Positions 23,199 through 35,747 of a DNA stretch of 64,000 nt are shown here, piece after piece. The stretch spans positions 4,544,001-4,608,000 of the forward strand of contig OZ001293.3 in assembly GCA_963921275.4 (NCBI GenBank). Direction: 5' to 3'. Positions within the stretch are counted from its first letter, which is position 1, and each line of letters opens with the position of its first letter. The DNA comes from an uncultured Hormoscilla sp. (GTDB taxonomy: Bacteria > Cyanobacteriota > Cyanobacteriia > Cyanobacteriales > Desertifilaceae). The notes beneath the pieces were generated by a model. It did no database searches. It had not been told where the DNA came from and worked only from the letters and a program-made list of their open reading frames with translations. The position numbers and the translations under genes are program-made.

Positions 23199-25493
23199 GG
23201 GTACATCTCAGTTAGGCGATGAGTAATTATACTTAGTGCTTGTATCCCTCAAAACGGTACATAATTTAGGCACTGTTGACCACCCTTGACCCATGAACTC
23301 CCAAAAGCAGGCTGAACTCCAGCAACATCTTGACGCGATTGCCGCGATTCTCTACCAGGAAGCCGACCCCACTGAACTCACCACCCTTGAAGGCATTGAG
23401 AAAAACGTTCGTGCGCTTGCCCAAGAACACGTCTGGCCTCAACTAGGAATTTTTTTATCAACACGGCGACTTCCCGCCGCACCGGAAAACAGCGCACCCT
23501 GACCAGTATCCTGGGCAAACTAACCCTCACCACTGCTCAAGCCCAACAACTGCAAGTTAAACCGGGAACTCGTTGGAGTCCGTATGTGGAAAAATGTTGT
23601 TGGGTCGTCAGTGCCAATGCCTCTTACCAGAGAGCCGATTTTTCGGGCCGTCCGCGGACCGTAAAAGATCTCGCGATGCTGACTGGGGTGAGCATCTCCC
23701 ACAGTACGCTCCAACGCTTTGTTCAACGAGAGGACTGGTCTGAGGTAGTGCGATTCGTTCCGGCATAAGCCAGTAGGTGAAAGTCGGGTCTGGCTCTATC
23801 AGCCAGATAACTCTGGTTATCATGGGGGTTAAATTCCCCTTCCCCAGGTACGGGGGTCGAGGGTACTACCGGTCGGAGGTGCTGCGGAGTCACATCACCG
23901 TGGTGTGGAGCGAGGACTTAAATGTAGGATAACTGGCAGCCTAAGCCGGTGACGCCGCTAGGAAAGATGTTAATGGTTAGAACAAGCGAACCTATGTAAA
24001 CCTCGTTAACCAGAACCAGCGGAAGAAGGCTTATGCGCTTGCCCAAAAAGGGAAATGGTAGTTAGTATTAGCTCTTGCCTCTGGCTAATAACGTACTCAA
24101 AGAACTCTCGGGGTATAGTAGGAACCTAAAAGCATCGCGAAATGATACCAGGGAACGGAGTAACCTCTCGTGAGCTGTCCCCATTTGGACAAGTTAGATG
24201 TAAAGCGCAAGCCACGAAGAGGAAGGATGTCCTAAGAAGCCAACGCCCGGGGTAATGCTTGTGGATATGCAGACGTAGGACGGATATGGTAAGACACCCT
24301 TGGGAAAAGTAACCTTAATGTCACAGAACTAGGAAGAAATTCCAAAAGTACGAATCTTGGATTCAAATCTTAGCCAGGTAAAGTTCAGAGCCCCTACGAA
24401 AAGCGGAAAGCAGAATGGGGAAGATGTTAGTAAAGAGCGGCGAGTATGGTTTGCTGAACTATCCTCCGCGAACCTTCCGGAGCTAAGTACTTAAACGGTC
24501 CAATAGGATTGACCATAAGGGGTAAAATTTCAAAGGGTAAGGGACAACGGGGGTAACCCCCAGTAATCCTACTGATGACAGCAGCTTACCAACCAGTAGC
24601 CGTGTGCGGTAAAAGTCGCTCTTCAGGTTTCGCTCTTGGAGGGTTGGTACGTGAGTACCAGCTCGACCCCGACCAAGATAGCTGAACCGATTCAGGAGCT
24701 CAGCTTGGATGGCGGCATGATTCGCCTTCGTACCGATTTTTCGGGCCGTCCGCGGACCGTGGAGGGTCAACCTGGTGAGTGGCGAGAATACAAAGCCTTA
24801 AATGTCCATGAGCAAGGCAGTGTGGCTTTCTTCAAGGATAATCAAGGGCTGCTTGAGTGGGTGAATGCCCAGCCCCTCGGGGCGCAGTTCACCGGTCTCG
24901 GAGATGGTCATGATGGGGTGTGGAACATTTTCAGTGGTATCGGGACACCAGAACAACGTATCGAAGTGCTCGATTGGTATCACCTAATGGAAAATGCCAA
25001 TAAGGTGCAAGGGACACCGGCTCAATCCGATTTTTCGGGCCGTCCGCGGACCGTGCAGATCCGATTTTTCGGGCCGTCCGCGGACCGTGCACTCCTGTGG
25101 CGAGGGGAGACCCAGAGGGCGATTAGTTATCTGCGCCAACAGCAATGTCGGGGAGCCACAGGGTTGATCAACTACTTGAAGCACCATCAGACGCGCATCA
25201 TTGACTACCAGACTAGCCCTCCTGGCGTCGGGCCGCTGCGCGAACGGGCAGGCAGCTCGGCACTCGATTGGCTCTGGTCGGGTTGAGTCCCTGGTGAAAC
25301 AAATTGGGTTAAGGGTGAAATTACCGGGGGCACAATGGCGAGCCGAGAATGTGCCGATTTTTCGGGCCGTCCGCAGACCGTAGGTGTTGAAGCATCGCTG
25401 TGCCTACCTGAATGGCGCATTAGTTGCCTAATCAGACTCAGTAAATCCACTTGTGCTGAGTAAATATACTCATCGCCTAACTGAGATGCACCC
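23199..25493 (+). mobile_element. ISKra4-family element carrying a group II intron and several short repeat insertions
   Basis: Inverted ends GGGTACATCTCAGTTAGGCGATGAGTA / TACTCATCGCCTAACTGAGATGCACCC; 8-bp target duplication AACTACTT; LGDGHDG, EVLDWYHL, IGSGRVES. Confidence 0.92.
23748..24674 (+). ncRNA. ORF-less group II intron (E), sense orientation within the ISKra4 transposase
   Basis: 5' GTGCGATTCGTT; DV-like AGCCGTGTGCGGTAAAAGTCGC (3' arm degenerate); removal restores EDWSEV-KIAEPIQE. Confidence 0.9.
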
Positions 25494-25896
25494 AACTACT
25501 TAGTGCGATCGCCTTTTGTCGGACAGACAGCAAATTTCCGATAAGTTCATTCCCTGATGATTACCTGGTATTTTTCGGGAACTGAGGCTAGGGAAATTCC
25601 CTGGGAGCATCCCAGATTTGCAGATGTATTAGAATTTGAGCCAATGTAGTACGATATGGGCTTTAAAATAACTACTTCCCGGAGAACTACTTCCCGGAGA
25701 ACCCGAGAATTTGTACTTTTATGCAAAAGTGAGATGCGCCCATTCCTATCCCCCAGCTGAAGGACGATCGTCCCAAAGGAATAATTTGCTTGCTCTTGAC
25801 AAATCATCCTGGTATTTACTATAATATTGTGTCAATCTCTAAGATATGGCTGAAAAAAGCCGGATAGGTCGCAGCTAATGGACTAGGAAATGTCAA

Positions 25897-27371
25897 ATGG
25901 GTATAGTATATAACATATTTTTCAAAGATAGTTTTTCTGTCAGAGGGCTGACAGGGACGGTTCAAAGGTCAGCCATCTCACAGGACTGCCAGTACACCGA
26001 ACAAGAGTCGCAACTCAGTTTAGAATCAACCCTGGGGGAATTGACACTTTACCAAGCAGAGATCGACTGCCAGCGCCCCGGCGCAGAGGTGACCCAGATC
26101 TTTGAAGCCAACCCCACGCTACCGGGTATCATTGTGACAGAGTCTGGTGAATTTGTGGGGATGATTTCCCGCAGGCGCTTCTTTGAACGCATGAGTCGTC
26201 CTTACAGCTTGGAGTTATTTTCCAAACGACCCCTGCTGACTTTCTACCAATTTGCTGAGAGTGAAATTTTAATGCTCTCACGGTCCACCTCAATTGTAGC
26301 AGCGGTGCAGCAGTCCTTAGCCCGCGAGCCCGAATTGATCTACGAACCGATCTTCGTGCAGCTAGAAACTGGGCCAACAGGCTATTGGACATGCATGATT
26401 TACTCTTGGCCCAGTCTGAAATTCATCAACTCACAACCCAAGCACTGCAACAATCAGAAGCCCAATTAACAGAAAAAGCCCAGCAACTAGAGGAGACTCT
26501 ATCTAAACTGAAAAAGACCCAAGTACAGCTGATTCAGACCGAAAAAATGTCCAGTCTAGGACAAATGGTTGCTGGCATTGCCCATGAAATCAACAACCCC
26601 GTCAGTTTCATTACTGGCAATCTGACTCACGTCAAAGGATACATGCAATACTTGTTACGCTTGCTCAAGCTTTACTGGCATCACTATCAGCAGCCCGTAC
26701 CTGAAATCCAGTCAGAAGTAGAAGCATCAGACCTGGATTTCCTCATGTCAGACCTACCACAAGTCCTGCAATCAATGCAATCCGGCGCAGACCGCATTCG
26801 TCAGATTGTCTTATCCCTGCAGAATTTTTCCCGCCTCGACGAAGCTGACTTGAAATCAGTTTATATTCACACCGGGCTAGAAAGTACATTGCTGATTTTG
26901 CAAAACCGACTGCAAAATCACAAGCTTCGCTGGAAATCTTCGGTAATTACCATTTACAAAGATTATGGTAACCTACCACAGGTAGAATGCTACCCCGGTC
27001 AGCTGAATCAGGTGTTTCTGAATCTGCTCAATAATGCGATCGATGCCTTAGAAATGAGAAAACCCTCCATCCATGAGATTCACATCGCCACCCAAGTATT
27101 AAACAGCAATTCTGTCGCAATCCGCATTGCCGACGATGGGTTAGGGATGACAGAGGAAGTATAAAAGAAGCTGTTTGACCCCTTCTTTACTACCAAGCCA
27201 CCAGGCAAAGGTACGGGTTTAGGATTGTCAGTTAGCTATCAGATAGTCGTCGAAAAACATGGCGGTCAATTGCAGTTTATCTCCTAGCCCGGTCAGGGAA
27301 CAGAATTTGTAATTTCCATTCCCATACGCCAGAAGTATCCTACATCCACCAATCTCAAATGCTGTGCTTGA
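25897..27371 (+). pseudogene. Sensor histidine kinase with CBS-like input, frameshift and stops
   Basis: AGIAHEINNP H-box, QLNQVFLNLLNNAIDA N-box, [17 protein letters not shown] after a stop. Confidence 0.85.
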
Positions 27372-27375
27372 AATT

Positions 27376-28290
27376 TTATACTAGAGAGACTGGGTAGATC
27401 CAGTCTGGGTAATTAGGAGCGCGATTTTCCATAATCGCCGTCAGTTTTTCTCGCAGTTTTTCCGTAATCGGTTTACTTGCGGGCAATTGATAATTTTCAA
27501 TCCGTTTTACTGGAGTAATCTTGGCAGCTGTCCCGCAGAGAAACACCTCGTCCGCAATCAAGAGTTCCGACTTATCCACCGGGCGTTCTGTGACTTTCAT
27601 CCCCAGGTCCGTCGCCATCTTAATAATACTATCTCTTGTGATTCCTTCCAGGATATCCTGTTCAAACCCAGGGGTAATCAGTGAGTCATTTATCACCAGA
27701 AAGATATTCATTCCCGTCGCTTCACAGACCTTTCCTTGAGAATTGATTAAAATCGCTTCATCAAAGCTAGACTCAAAAGCTTCCGTCTTAGCCAGAGAAG
27801 AGGTAATATAGGCTGCACTCAGCTTACCTCGGAGGGGAAAACTGCGGTCTTCTTGTCGATACCAAGAACTAATGCGACAGCTGACTCCCTCGGGGGACAA
27901 ATAATCTCCCAACTCCAACCCATAAACAAAAAAGTCTTTCTCAATCTTATGCAGTCTGGGAGAAATTCCCAAGCCTGACGTGTAGATGAAGGGTCGAATA
28001 TAGAAAGATTTTGTCGGCTGATTTTTCTTGACAAAATCAAGGATAACTGATTTAATTTTATCCGCTGGCAAGTCGTAGTGCAATAATTTAGCACTATTAC
28101 TTAACCTTTGGCAATGGCGGTCTAATCTGAACAGCAGTATTTGCTGCGGCTTTTGCGGATCTATTATCCCGCGCATCCCACCAAAGGCTCCAGTTCCATA
28201 ATGCAACCCATGGGTGGCAATGGAAATCTTAGCCTCAGCAAAAGGAACAAATTGGTTCTGAAAGTACGCAACTGGTAAAAAATTCTCCAT
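27376..28290 (-). CDS. ilvE: Branched-chain amino acid aminotransferase
   Basis: LHYGTGAFGG, ILEGITR, ADEVFLCGTAA. Confidence 0.93.
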   Translation of the reverse strand: MENFLPVAYFQNQFVPFAEAKISIATHGLHYGTGAFGGMRGIIDPQKPQQILLFRLDRHCQRLSNSAKLLHYDLPADKIKSVILDFVKKNQPTKSFYIRPFIYTSGLGISPRLHKIEKDFFVYGLELGDYLSPEGVSCRISSWYRQEDRSFPLRGKLSAAYITSSLAKTEAFESSFDEAILINSQGKVCEATGMNIFLVINDSLITPGFEQDILEGITRDSIIKMATDLGMKVTERPVDKSELLIADEVFLCGTAAKITPVKRIENYQLPASKPITEKLREKLTAIMENRAPNYPDWIYPVSLV

Positions 28291-28302
28291 GTCTGTTATT
28301 AG

Positions 28303-28704
28303 TTATTTTTGGCAAACCCATTTCCACAAGGGGTGAGTTGGACCCTGCTGGCGAATGCGGCAAACTCCCGTTTCCAGACGCTTTTGGTACTGGGGCGGCA
28401 TTCCCAGCAGGATGTTACGGCTTTGCCAGACTAGGACTGCTGTGGTCGTGGCAACACAAAAACCCAGACCAAGAGCTGGCACCAGGTTGTAAGACATGCC
28501 GTAGCGCACTGCTGCCCAAGTAAAATGCGATCGCAACAGGTCAATCTCCGATCGCAAACTCCAGAGACTCAGGGAACCGACAGGGAGCCATAGCAACCCG
28601 ATCGCCAACCACCTGAGAGCAACTGTCAGGTGGTGTAACCTTTGGACTTGCGCCTTAAAGATAGCATCCGTTGTCAGGGATGAAGTCTCTTTTGCAGTTT
28701 CCAT
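28303..28704 (-). CDS. Hypothetical membrane protein
   Basis: Two hydrophobic segments, QGPTHPLWKWVC end; lies between secF and ilvE. Confidence 0.7.
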   Translation of the reverse strand: METAKETSSLTTDAIFKAQVQRLHHLTVALRWLAIGLLWLPVGSLSLWSLRSEIDLLRSHFTWAAVRYGMSYNLVPALGLGFCVATTTAVLVWQSRNILLGMPPQYQKRLETGVCRIRQQGPTHPLWKWVCQK

Positions 28705-28714
28705 CTGTTTATAG

Positions 28715-29704
28715 TTATGCCTCATCAGAAGAGGCTAGTCCATCGGGTTGTTCGTCAGTAACCGCTGATGCCAATATAGCTTGACCCGTGCGTTCTCGCC
28801 ACCAAGCTAGCAGGGTACTAGCGATGAAGATACTAGAATAGGCACCTGAGATAAAGCCAACTATCAGGGCGAGGGCAAAGTATTTCAAGGTTTCGCCGCC
28901 GAACAGGAAGATGGACAATAATGGCAGTAGGGTAGTTAAGGTGGTATTGATAGACCGAGTCAGAGTTTGATTGACTGCATCATCTACCACTTGGTCGATG
29001 TGCTGGTCTGGGTGGAGTTTGATCGTCTCCCGCACCCGATCGTAGATCACGACAGTATCGTTAACGGAGAAGCCGATAATCGTCAGCAGGGCCACGACGA
29101 ACAAGCTATCCACTTCTAATCCCAGCACTAGACCCAACATAGAGAATACGCCTAGGGTAACAAAGACATCGTGGAACAGGGCCGCGAAGGCAAAAAAGGC
29201 GTAGTCTAGTTGGAATCTCCAAGTCAGGTAAAATGTAATGCCTCCGAAGGCGACTAGCAGGGCTAACAGACCAGAGGTAAACAGCTGTCGTCCTAGGGTC
29301 GGACCGACGGTGTCGATCTGGGTCTTTTGCGGGTCAAACTCCCCGATCTCCTCCTCTAGGGCTGTTTGCAGTTGGGTGCGTTCGGAAACATCTAAATCTT
29401 TGGTTCTAATGCTCAGGGCGTTACCTCGTTCGCCGACTATTTGGATGCTGCTATTGGCCAAACCCTGAGTTGCCATCACCCCTCGCACTGCGGCCAGGTC
29501 AATGGCCCGATCGCAGTTATTGGGTTGAGAACAGTCCCGTTCCAGTTGTAGCCTAGTACCGCCGACAAAATCCAGACTGGGACGCAGAGGTGCGCCGATG
29601 TCCGGTCGCGTCCAAGAAATGCCCATGGCCACCATCCCGGCCAGGACGATCGCCGCCGAAATTGACCACCAGAGCCCGCGTTGTTTGATAATCTTTAATC
29701 TCAT
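28715..29704 (-). CDS. secF: Protein translocase subunit SecF
   Basis: [33 protein letters not shown]. Confidence 0.97.
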   Translation of the reverse strand: MRLKIIKQRGLWWSISAAIVLAGMVAMGISWTRPDIGAPLRPSLDFVGGTRLQLERDCSQPNNCDRAIDLAAVRGVMATQGLANSSIQIVGERGNALSIRTKDLDVSERTQLQTALEEEIGEFDPQKTQIDTVGPTLGRQLFTSGLLALLVAFGGITFYLTWRFQLDYAFFAFAALFHDVFVTLGVFSMLGLVLGLEVDSLFVVALLTIIGFSVNDTVVIYDRVRETIKLHPDQHIDQVVDDAVNQTLTRSINTTLTTLLPLLSIFLFGGETLKYFALALIVGFISGAYSSIFIASTLLAWWRERTGQAILASAVTDEQPDGLASSDEA

Positions 29705-31116
29705 AACGTTGCTCCTGATTGGGATTTCGCGGACAATTGCAGATTAGGACAGAACAGTTCTGGCTTGCGCAACCCAGGAAATTGCAATACATAGAGCATC
29801 AGGGTCCGACTACAGGTGAGGGCAGTAAACATACTCACCACCACCCCCAGTCCCAGAGTCAGAGCAAAACCTCTGACCAGACCTGAACCCAACCAGAATA
29901 ATGCTATACAAGAAATCAAGGTAGTCACGTTGCCATCTAAAATGCTGGAGAAGGCCCGATAGAAACCAGATTCTACTCCACGATATAAGCTCTTGCCGCT
30001 GCGCAGTTCTTCACGAGTGCGCTCGAAAATCAACACGTTGGCATCAACTGCCATGCCGATACTCAGGATAAAACCGGCTATTCCGGGCAAGGTTAAGGTA
30101 ACACCCAATAGCTTGAAGGCGGCAAAGGTCAGCAGGGCGTAGACAATTAATGCTACATCTGCAATCAGACCGGGCAGGCGGTAGTAGGCCACCATGAAGA
30201 TTAACACTGCCACCAGACCTGCGATCGCGGCCTTAATGCTGCTAGAAATACTATCTCGTCCCAGAGTAGCACCTACAGTCCGGTTTTGCACCACTTCTAC
30301 GGGGACGGGTAAAGCGCCACCTCGCAGCTGTACTGCCAAGTCATTGGCTGATTCGACGGTAAAATTCCCAGTAATCGAGGCACTGCCCCCGATGATCCCT
30401 GTTTCGGCAAATTCTACTCCTACCGTCGGCGCACTGATCAGCCTGTCGTCCAGGAAAATGCCAATGCTGCGACCCGTACCCGCCAGGTTTTTGGTAATTT
30501 CTGCAAACTTATCGCCCCCGGCGCTATCGAAGCGAATAATAATTTCCCAGCTGCTGCCACCCTGACGGGGTTGGGTGAAAGCATCCTCCAGGTTGTTGCC
30601 AGTTAAACCGATGCGCTCAAACAAAGGTGCGATCGCCTCATTGGCGCTGTCGATCGCCGCCTGATTTTGGACGATCGCCTTAGCATCATCGCTAGGTCTG
30701 AGATCGAGCTGTTGTAATTCTAATATCCTGAGGATCTGGTATTGAGCGGCAAACTCATCTTCACTTCCCTGCTTCTGCTGGCGAAATTCTAGCTGGGCCG
30801 TACCACCCAAGACTCGTTCTGCTTGTGCCGGGTCATTCACCCCTGGCAGTTGTACTAATAGTTGTTCATTTCCTACTGTTTGCACCACAGACTCGGAAAC
30901 TCCCAGGGCATTCACCCGTCCTTCCACGACGCGCTGTACCGCTTCCAGGACTTGCGGAGTTATTTCCGTCACCTCGTCGGTCGTCTTAACTTGGAGGGTT
31001 AGTTGAGCGCCCCCCCTCAGATCCAATCCCAGTCTGGTTTCAAACTGCACCAATACCGTAATGGCGGCAACTACCAGCACCAGAATCAGAGCCAATATTG
31101 AACGTTGTTTTCGCAT
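29701..31116 (-). CDS. secD: Protein translocase subunit SecD
   Basis: [25 protein letters not shown]; start set at MRKQR. Confidence 0.97.
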   Translation of the reverse strand: MRKQRSILALILVLVVAAITVLVQFETRLGLDLRGGAQLTLQVKTTDEVTEITPQVLEAVQRVVEGRVNALGVSESVVQTVGNEQLLVQLPGVNDPAQAERVLGGTAQLEFRQQKQGSEDEFAAQYQILRILELQQLDLRPSDDAKAIVQNQAAIDSANEAIAPLFERIGLTGNNLEDAFTQPRQGGSSWEIIIRFDSAGGDKFAEITKNLAGTGRSIGIFLDDRLISAPTVGVEFAETGIIGGSASITGNFTVESANDLAVQLRGGALPVPVEVVQNRTVGATLGRDSISSSIKAAIAGLVAVLIFMVAYYRLPGLIADVALIVYALLTFAAFKLLGVTLTLPGIAGFILSIGMAVDANVLIFERTREELRSGKSLYRGVESGFYRAFSSILDGNVTTLISCIALFWLGSGLVRGFALTLGLGVVVSMFTALTCSRTLMLYVLQFPGLRKPELFCPNLQLSAKSQSGATL

Positions 31117-31245
31117 ACTACCACTTGTCTGCAATAAAAGATATGATATCCCGTCTAGAGTAATGTTCGTAGTAATGTTCGTAGTAAGCACTAAAGTGCT
31201 TCCCGAGCGCAAGCACTTTAGTGCTTACTACGAACTATCGCCAAC

Positions 31246-32229
31246 TCAAATCTGTAAAGTCGCCATTTTCTGTACCACTTCCACGATTTGCAGGGGTTGG
31301 ACGATCGTCAAGTTTTCCAGGGTGCCATTATAAGGGGTAGGGATATCCTGGGAAGAAAGCCGCAGCACTGGCGCATCCAGTTCGTCAAACAACCGTTCAT
31401 TAATGGAGGCGATCAATTCTGCGCCAATGCCACCAGTTTTCAGGCATTCTTCGACGATAATCACCCGATGGGTTTTGTGCACAGAAGCGCCAATAGTTTC
31501 AAAGTCTAGGGGTTTGAGAGACAATAGGTCAATCACCTCTGGGTCTAAACCCTCTTGTTCCAGGGTTTTCATGGCTTGCAGGACATGGTGGCGCATCCGA
31601 GAGTAAGTCAGAATAGTCACATCGGAGCCAGTGCGGACCACTTCCGCTTTATCCAGGGGTAGCAGATATTCCTGTTGTGGCAGGTGTTCTTTCAAGTTGT
31701 AAAGCAGGACATGCTCGAAGAAGAGTACGGGGTTATCGTCGCGAATGGCTGATTTTAGCAGTCCTTTAGCATTGTAGGGGGTGGAGCAGGCCACGATTTT
31801 CAGACCCGGGACTGCTTGGAAATATGCTTCCAGTCGCTGGGAATGTTCCGCACCCAGTTGCCGCCCGACGCCACCGGGACCCCGAATCACCATGGGAATT
31901 TTGAAATTTCCGCCTGATGTATAGCGCAGCATGCCTGCATTATTGGAGATTTGGTTGAAGGCCAGGAGCAAAAAGCCCATATTCATACCTTCGATGATCG
32001 GACGCAACCCAGTCATGGCTGCACCTACTGCCATACCGGTGAAGCTATTTTCCGCGATCGGGGTATCGAGAACCCTAAGTTCGCCATATTTTTGGTACAG
32101 GTCTTTGGTAACTTTGTAGGAGCCGCCGTAATGTCCCACATCTTCTCCAAGCACGAACACTGAGGGGTCACGGGCCATTTCTTCGTCTATAGCTGCCCGC
32201 AAGGCGTTGAAGAATAATGTTTCTGCCAT
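31246..32229 (-). CDS. pdhB: Pyruvate dehydrogenase E1 beta subunit
   Basis: [31 protein letters not shown]. Confidence 0.97.
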   Translation of the reverse strand: MAETLFFNALRAAIDEEMARDPSVFVLGEDVGHYGGSYKVTKDLYQKYGELRVLDTPIAENSFTGMAVGAAMTGLRPIIEGMNMGFLLLAFNQISNNAGMLRYTSGGNFKIPMVIRGPGGVGRQLGAEHSQRLEAYFQAVPGLKIVACSTPYNAKGLLKSAIRDDNPVLFFEHVLLYNLKEHLPQQEYLLPLDKAEVVRTGSDVTILTYSRMRHHVLQAMKTLEQEGLDPEVIDLLSLKPLDFETIGASVHKTHRVIIVEECLKTGGIGAELIASINERLFDELDAPVLRLSSQDIPTPYNGTLENLTIVQPLQIVEVVQKMATLQI

Positions 32230-32386
32230 CTACACTTTCCGGTTTAGGGGTTGTCAGACTAGCATCTTAACCTGTTGCGGGCACAATGGTTTCTCGTTCC
32301 GCTTTATTGCGAATATAAAAGTATAATTGCAAATTCCTATACTTTGAAAGGGATTGCGAACGACGAGCGCAAAATGGAGAAGAACG

Positions 32387-32571
32387 TGTCATTGCGAGGG
32401 GGGGAATCCCTGACCGTTATTGTCGGGAACACAAGCGGATCCCCCCCGAAGCAATATCCTCACTAGCGCGTGGAGATTGCTAGCCCTCCTGGCGTCGGGC
32501 CGCTGCGCTAGCGGGGGGTGTTACTCAAACTGTTCAAGTATCTCTCAATTATCCCCCCCCTCGCAATGACA
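32387..32571. repeat. TGTCATTGCGAG...CTCGCAATGACA palindromic element with nested short repeats
   Basis: Terminal inverted repeats; partial second copy at about 40530-40552. Confidence 0.75.
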
Positions 32572-32809
32572 TTACCGCCCTAAAAGCTCAGTTTATGACC
32601 GTTTGGAGTATAATTGCGAATTGCTAATTGCGAATGGCGAATGGTCAGAAAAGTGGGTGGGCCCTGCCAACTGTCAGATGCTACCGGTACTAGATAACGG
32701 TTCAATTCTCGTCAAGTTCTTAACCTGTGTCCGACTTTAGTCCTCACTACAAACGTCGGACTGAAGTCTTCACTACAAACGATGTATTATATCATTTCTT
32801 TCTAATCCC

Positions 32810-33631
32810 ATGACTGTCTCAACTCACCTACCTATTCAATCGGACCCCCCGCTGCTACCTTGGCAAACTTTACCGACCATGTACGATTTACCTAGCGATA
32901 ACCCGGAGGATCCTGGTTTGCCTGACGAATTTCACTTTTTCCAACCCCTGCTGCTTTATCTCACTTTTTTACCAACTACCTATAGTCTGGAACTAACTTA
33001 CAGTGCTTGTGACCTCAATCTCTACTATGATGTAAATCATCTCCAATGGTATAAACGTCCCGATTGGTTTGGCGTCGTGGGAGTGCCTCGACTCTATGAG
33101 GGTCGCGATATGCGTTTAAGTTACGCGATCTGGCAAGAAAAAGTCAGTCCGATCGTGGTTGTGGAATTATTGTCGGCAGGAACAGAAGATGGAGATTTGG
33201 GCAGGACTGTAAGCGAGTCGGGAAAACCTCCGACAAAATGGGTAGTATACGAGCAAATATTGCACATTCCCTACTATTTTGTCTTCAGTCGCTATACTTC
33301 AGAAGTACAAGCTTTCCATCTGGCTAACGATCGTTATGAACCAATGCCAATGACTGAGGGGCGCTGGTCGGTCCCAGAGCTGGGATTGAGTTTGGGTTTG
33401 TGGCAAGGTGAATTTCAAAAAGTTAATCGCCTCTGGTTGCGGTGGATGACAGAGGAGGGAGAATTAATTCCGGTTCCCAGTGAAGTAGCATCCGCTGCTG
33501 AGACACGAGCCTCAGAGGCTGAGACACGCGCCTCTGAGGCTGAAAAAGATGCCGCTGCTGCTAAACTAAAGGCAGAAAAATTGGCGCAACGATTGCACGA
33601 GTTAGGATTCGATCCTGATGAGATTGATTAG
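32810..33631 (+). CDS. Uma2 family (DUF820) endonuclease-like protein
   Basis: LPTMYDLPSDNPEDPGLPDEFH, RPDWFGVVGV, VVVELLS, coiled-coil tail. Confidence 0.9.
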   Translation: MTVSTHLPIQSDPPLLPWQTLPTMYDLPSDNPEDPGLPDEFHFFQPLLLYLTFLPTTYSLELTYSACDLNLYYDVNHLQWYKRPDWFGVVGVPRLYEGRDMRLSYAIWQEKVSPIVVVELLSAGTEDGDLGRTVSESGKPPTKWVVYEQILHIPYYFVFSRYTSEVQAFHLANDRYEPMPMTEGRWSVPELGLSLGLWQGEFQKVNRLWLRWMTEEGELIPVPSEVASAAETRASEAETRASEAEKDAAAAKLKAEKLAQRLHELGFDPDEID

Positions 33632-33735
33632 AATTTAAAGTATTGTGCATATCCGGAGCGTTCTTTAGACAAAAAAATGTAGGGACAATTCATGAATTGC
33701 CCCTACATTTAGGACATTAGCAGGAAGAAATACTT

Positions 33736-34427
33736 ATGACTATCTCAACTCATTTACCTCCTCAATCGGACCCTCCGGCGGTGTCTCCTGGGAGATGCAG
33801 AAGTTGTGGGAGTGTCTCGACTCTATAAGGGTCGCGATCGGCGTTTAAGTTATGTGAACTGGCAAGAGAGACTCCGTCCCATTGTGGTTGTGTAATTATC
33901 ATCTCCAGGGAGAGAGGATGAAGATTTGGACCCGACTGTAAGGGAGTATAGTCAACCTCCAACAAAATGGGTAGTATACGAGCAAATATTGCGTGTTACC
34001 TACTACTTTGTCTTCAGTCGTTATACTTCAGAATTACAAGCTTTCCATCGGGTTGGCGGTCATTTTGAACCAATAGCAAGTACTGATGGGCTTCGGCATC
34101 CCCGAGGAGTTCGATGTTTCCCGGGAGCGCTAAGCGCACTACCCAGGAAACATCGTAACCGCACTACCCCGGGGACACCGATGGTGGATACCAACCTTGG
34201 GATTGAGTTTGGGTTTGTGGCAAGGTGATTATCAAGATGTGAATCGTCTCTGGTTAAGGTGGATGACAGAGGAGGGAGAATTAATTCCGGTTCCCAGTGA
34301 AGTAGTATCCGCAGCAGAGACACGAGCTGCTGAGGCTGAAAAAGAAGCTGCTGCTGCTAAACTAAGGGCAGAAAAGTTGGCGCAGCTATTGCAAGAGTTG
34401 GGAGTTAATCCTGGGTCGATTGATTAG
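33736..34427 (+). pseudogene. Uma2 paralog with deletion, frameshifts and nested hairpin insertion
   Basis: PPTKWVVYEQIL and LSLGLWQG...RLWLRW fragments. Confidence 0.85.
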
Positions 34428-34601
34428 ACTCCTGATCGGGTGCATATTCCCAGCGTTCTTGAGACGAAAAAGAACATAACAGGGTGCTTTTTTTTCATGT
34501 CTGTGTAGAAGGGAAGCATTCTGGCAGTAACTATAGAGAAAATAGTTTCTCTCTGCTATGCCAAAATGCTTCCCCCGCCGCCAAAGTAAGATGCAAAAAA
34601 T

Positions 34602-35060
34602 ATGACTGTTTCAACTCATCTACCTACTCAAGCGAAACTACCGCTTCCAGCTTGGCAAACTTTGCCAACTATGTACGATCTACCTAGCGAAAATCAGGAC
34701 GAACAGCCAGATGATTTTCACTTTCTCCAAACCCTGCTGCTCTATCTCACTTTTATCCCAACTACTTGTAGTGGTAAATTGGCTTACAGTGCTTGCAACC
34801 TCAATCTCTACTATGACTTAAATCATCCCGAATGGTATAAACGTCCCGATTGGTTTGCTGCATCTCTTGGGTAGTGCGAGTAGCGCTCCCAAGAGATGCA
34901 GCAGTTGTGGAGTGCATCGACTCTATCAGGGTCGCGATTTGCGTTTAAGTTATTTGATCTGGCAAGAGATAGTCAGGCGTTGTTGTAGAATTATTGTCTC
35001 CAGGCACAGAAGATGAAGATTTGGGCCGGACTACGATCGAGTCGGGTAAACCTCCAGGGC
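34602..35060 (+). pseudogene. Third Uma2 paralog, interrupted by a hairpin repeat and truncated
   Basis: MTVSTHLP...RPDWF then hairpin 34857-34902 introducing a stop. Confidence 0.85.
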
Positions 35061-35747
35061 AAACGCATCTTATTTTTGAAACGCTTACAGCCTACATTCA
35101 GCACGATAAAATGTATTGCGGGTAGTGGGTCACAAGTAGTGATTGCCTGAAACCCAGACTGTGGCCCCGGCTGGCCCCGGCAGGGACACAGGACCGCAGT
35201 CAAATCACTACGCTGACGCTCAGAATGACCACTACCTCCCCGCCAAATCTGTCTCCTACAGGCTAACGCTGCTGACGCTGCTGACGCTACAAGAGGCAGA
35301 GCCTCAAAGGTAGCATTCCGTGGCTCAGCCACGGAACCAATAAAGCCACGGAACCCTGGGGGGGCAACATGCAAGCCCAAACCCTTACTGGGTAACGATT
35401 TGGGCCCATAATCTCCAAAAATATATCTGCTGTTTTGGGCCGACAGACGACGTAGTTATAAGGGTTTGAGCTTCATGAAAATGAAAGAATGGTACTGATG
35501 CGACTGTATCAAGTCTAAGCCCATAGCCCTCAAACCCTTATCTAGTAAGGGTTTGAGGGCTCATGTCGCCCCCTCAGCACGGAACCAGTAACCTCCTGCT
35601 GCTTTTCTGTTTACCCTGTGTCCTGCAGAAACCGGGTCGCAGCCGAGGCCACAGGATAGGAGGGTGGGCGGTGCCCACCCTACAGTAATTACATTTAAAA
35701 ACTTACCAAAAAGTTTTTGAAATCATCAGTGATTGCCCGAATGAACC

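Noticed and set aside
24572..24582. Hammerhead ribozyme core (CTGATGA) in intron E
   Set aside because: Not conserved in the six sister copies of the motif
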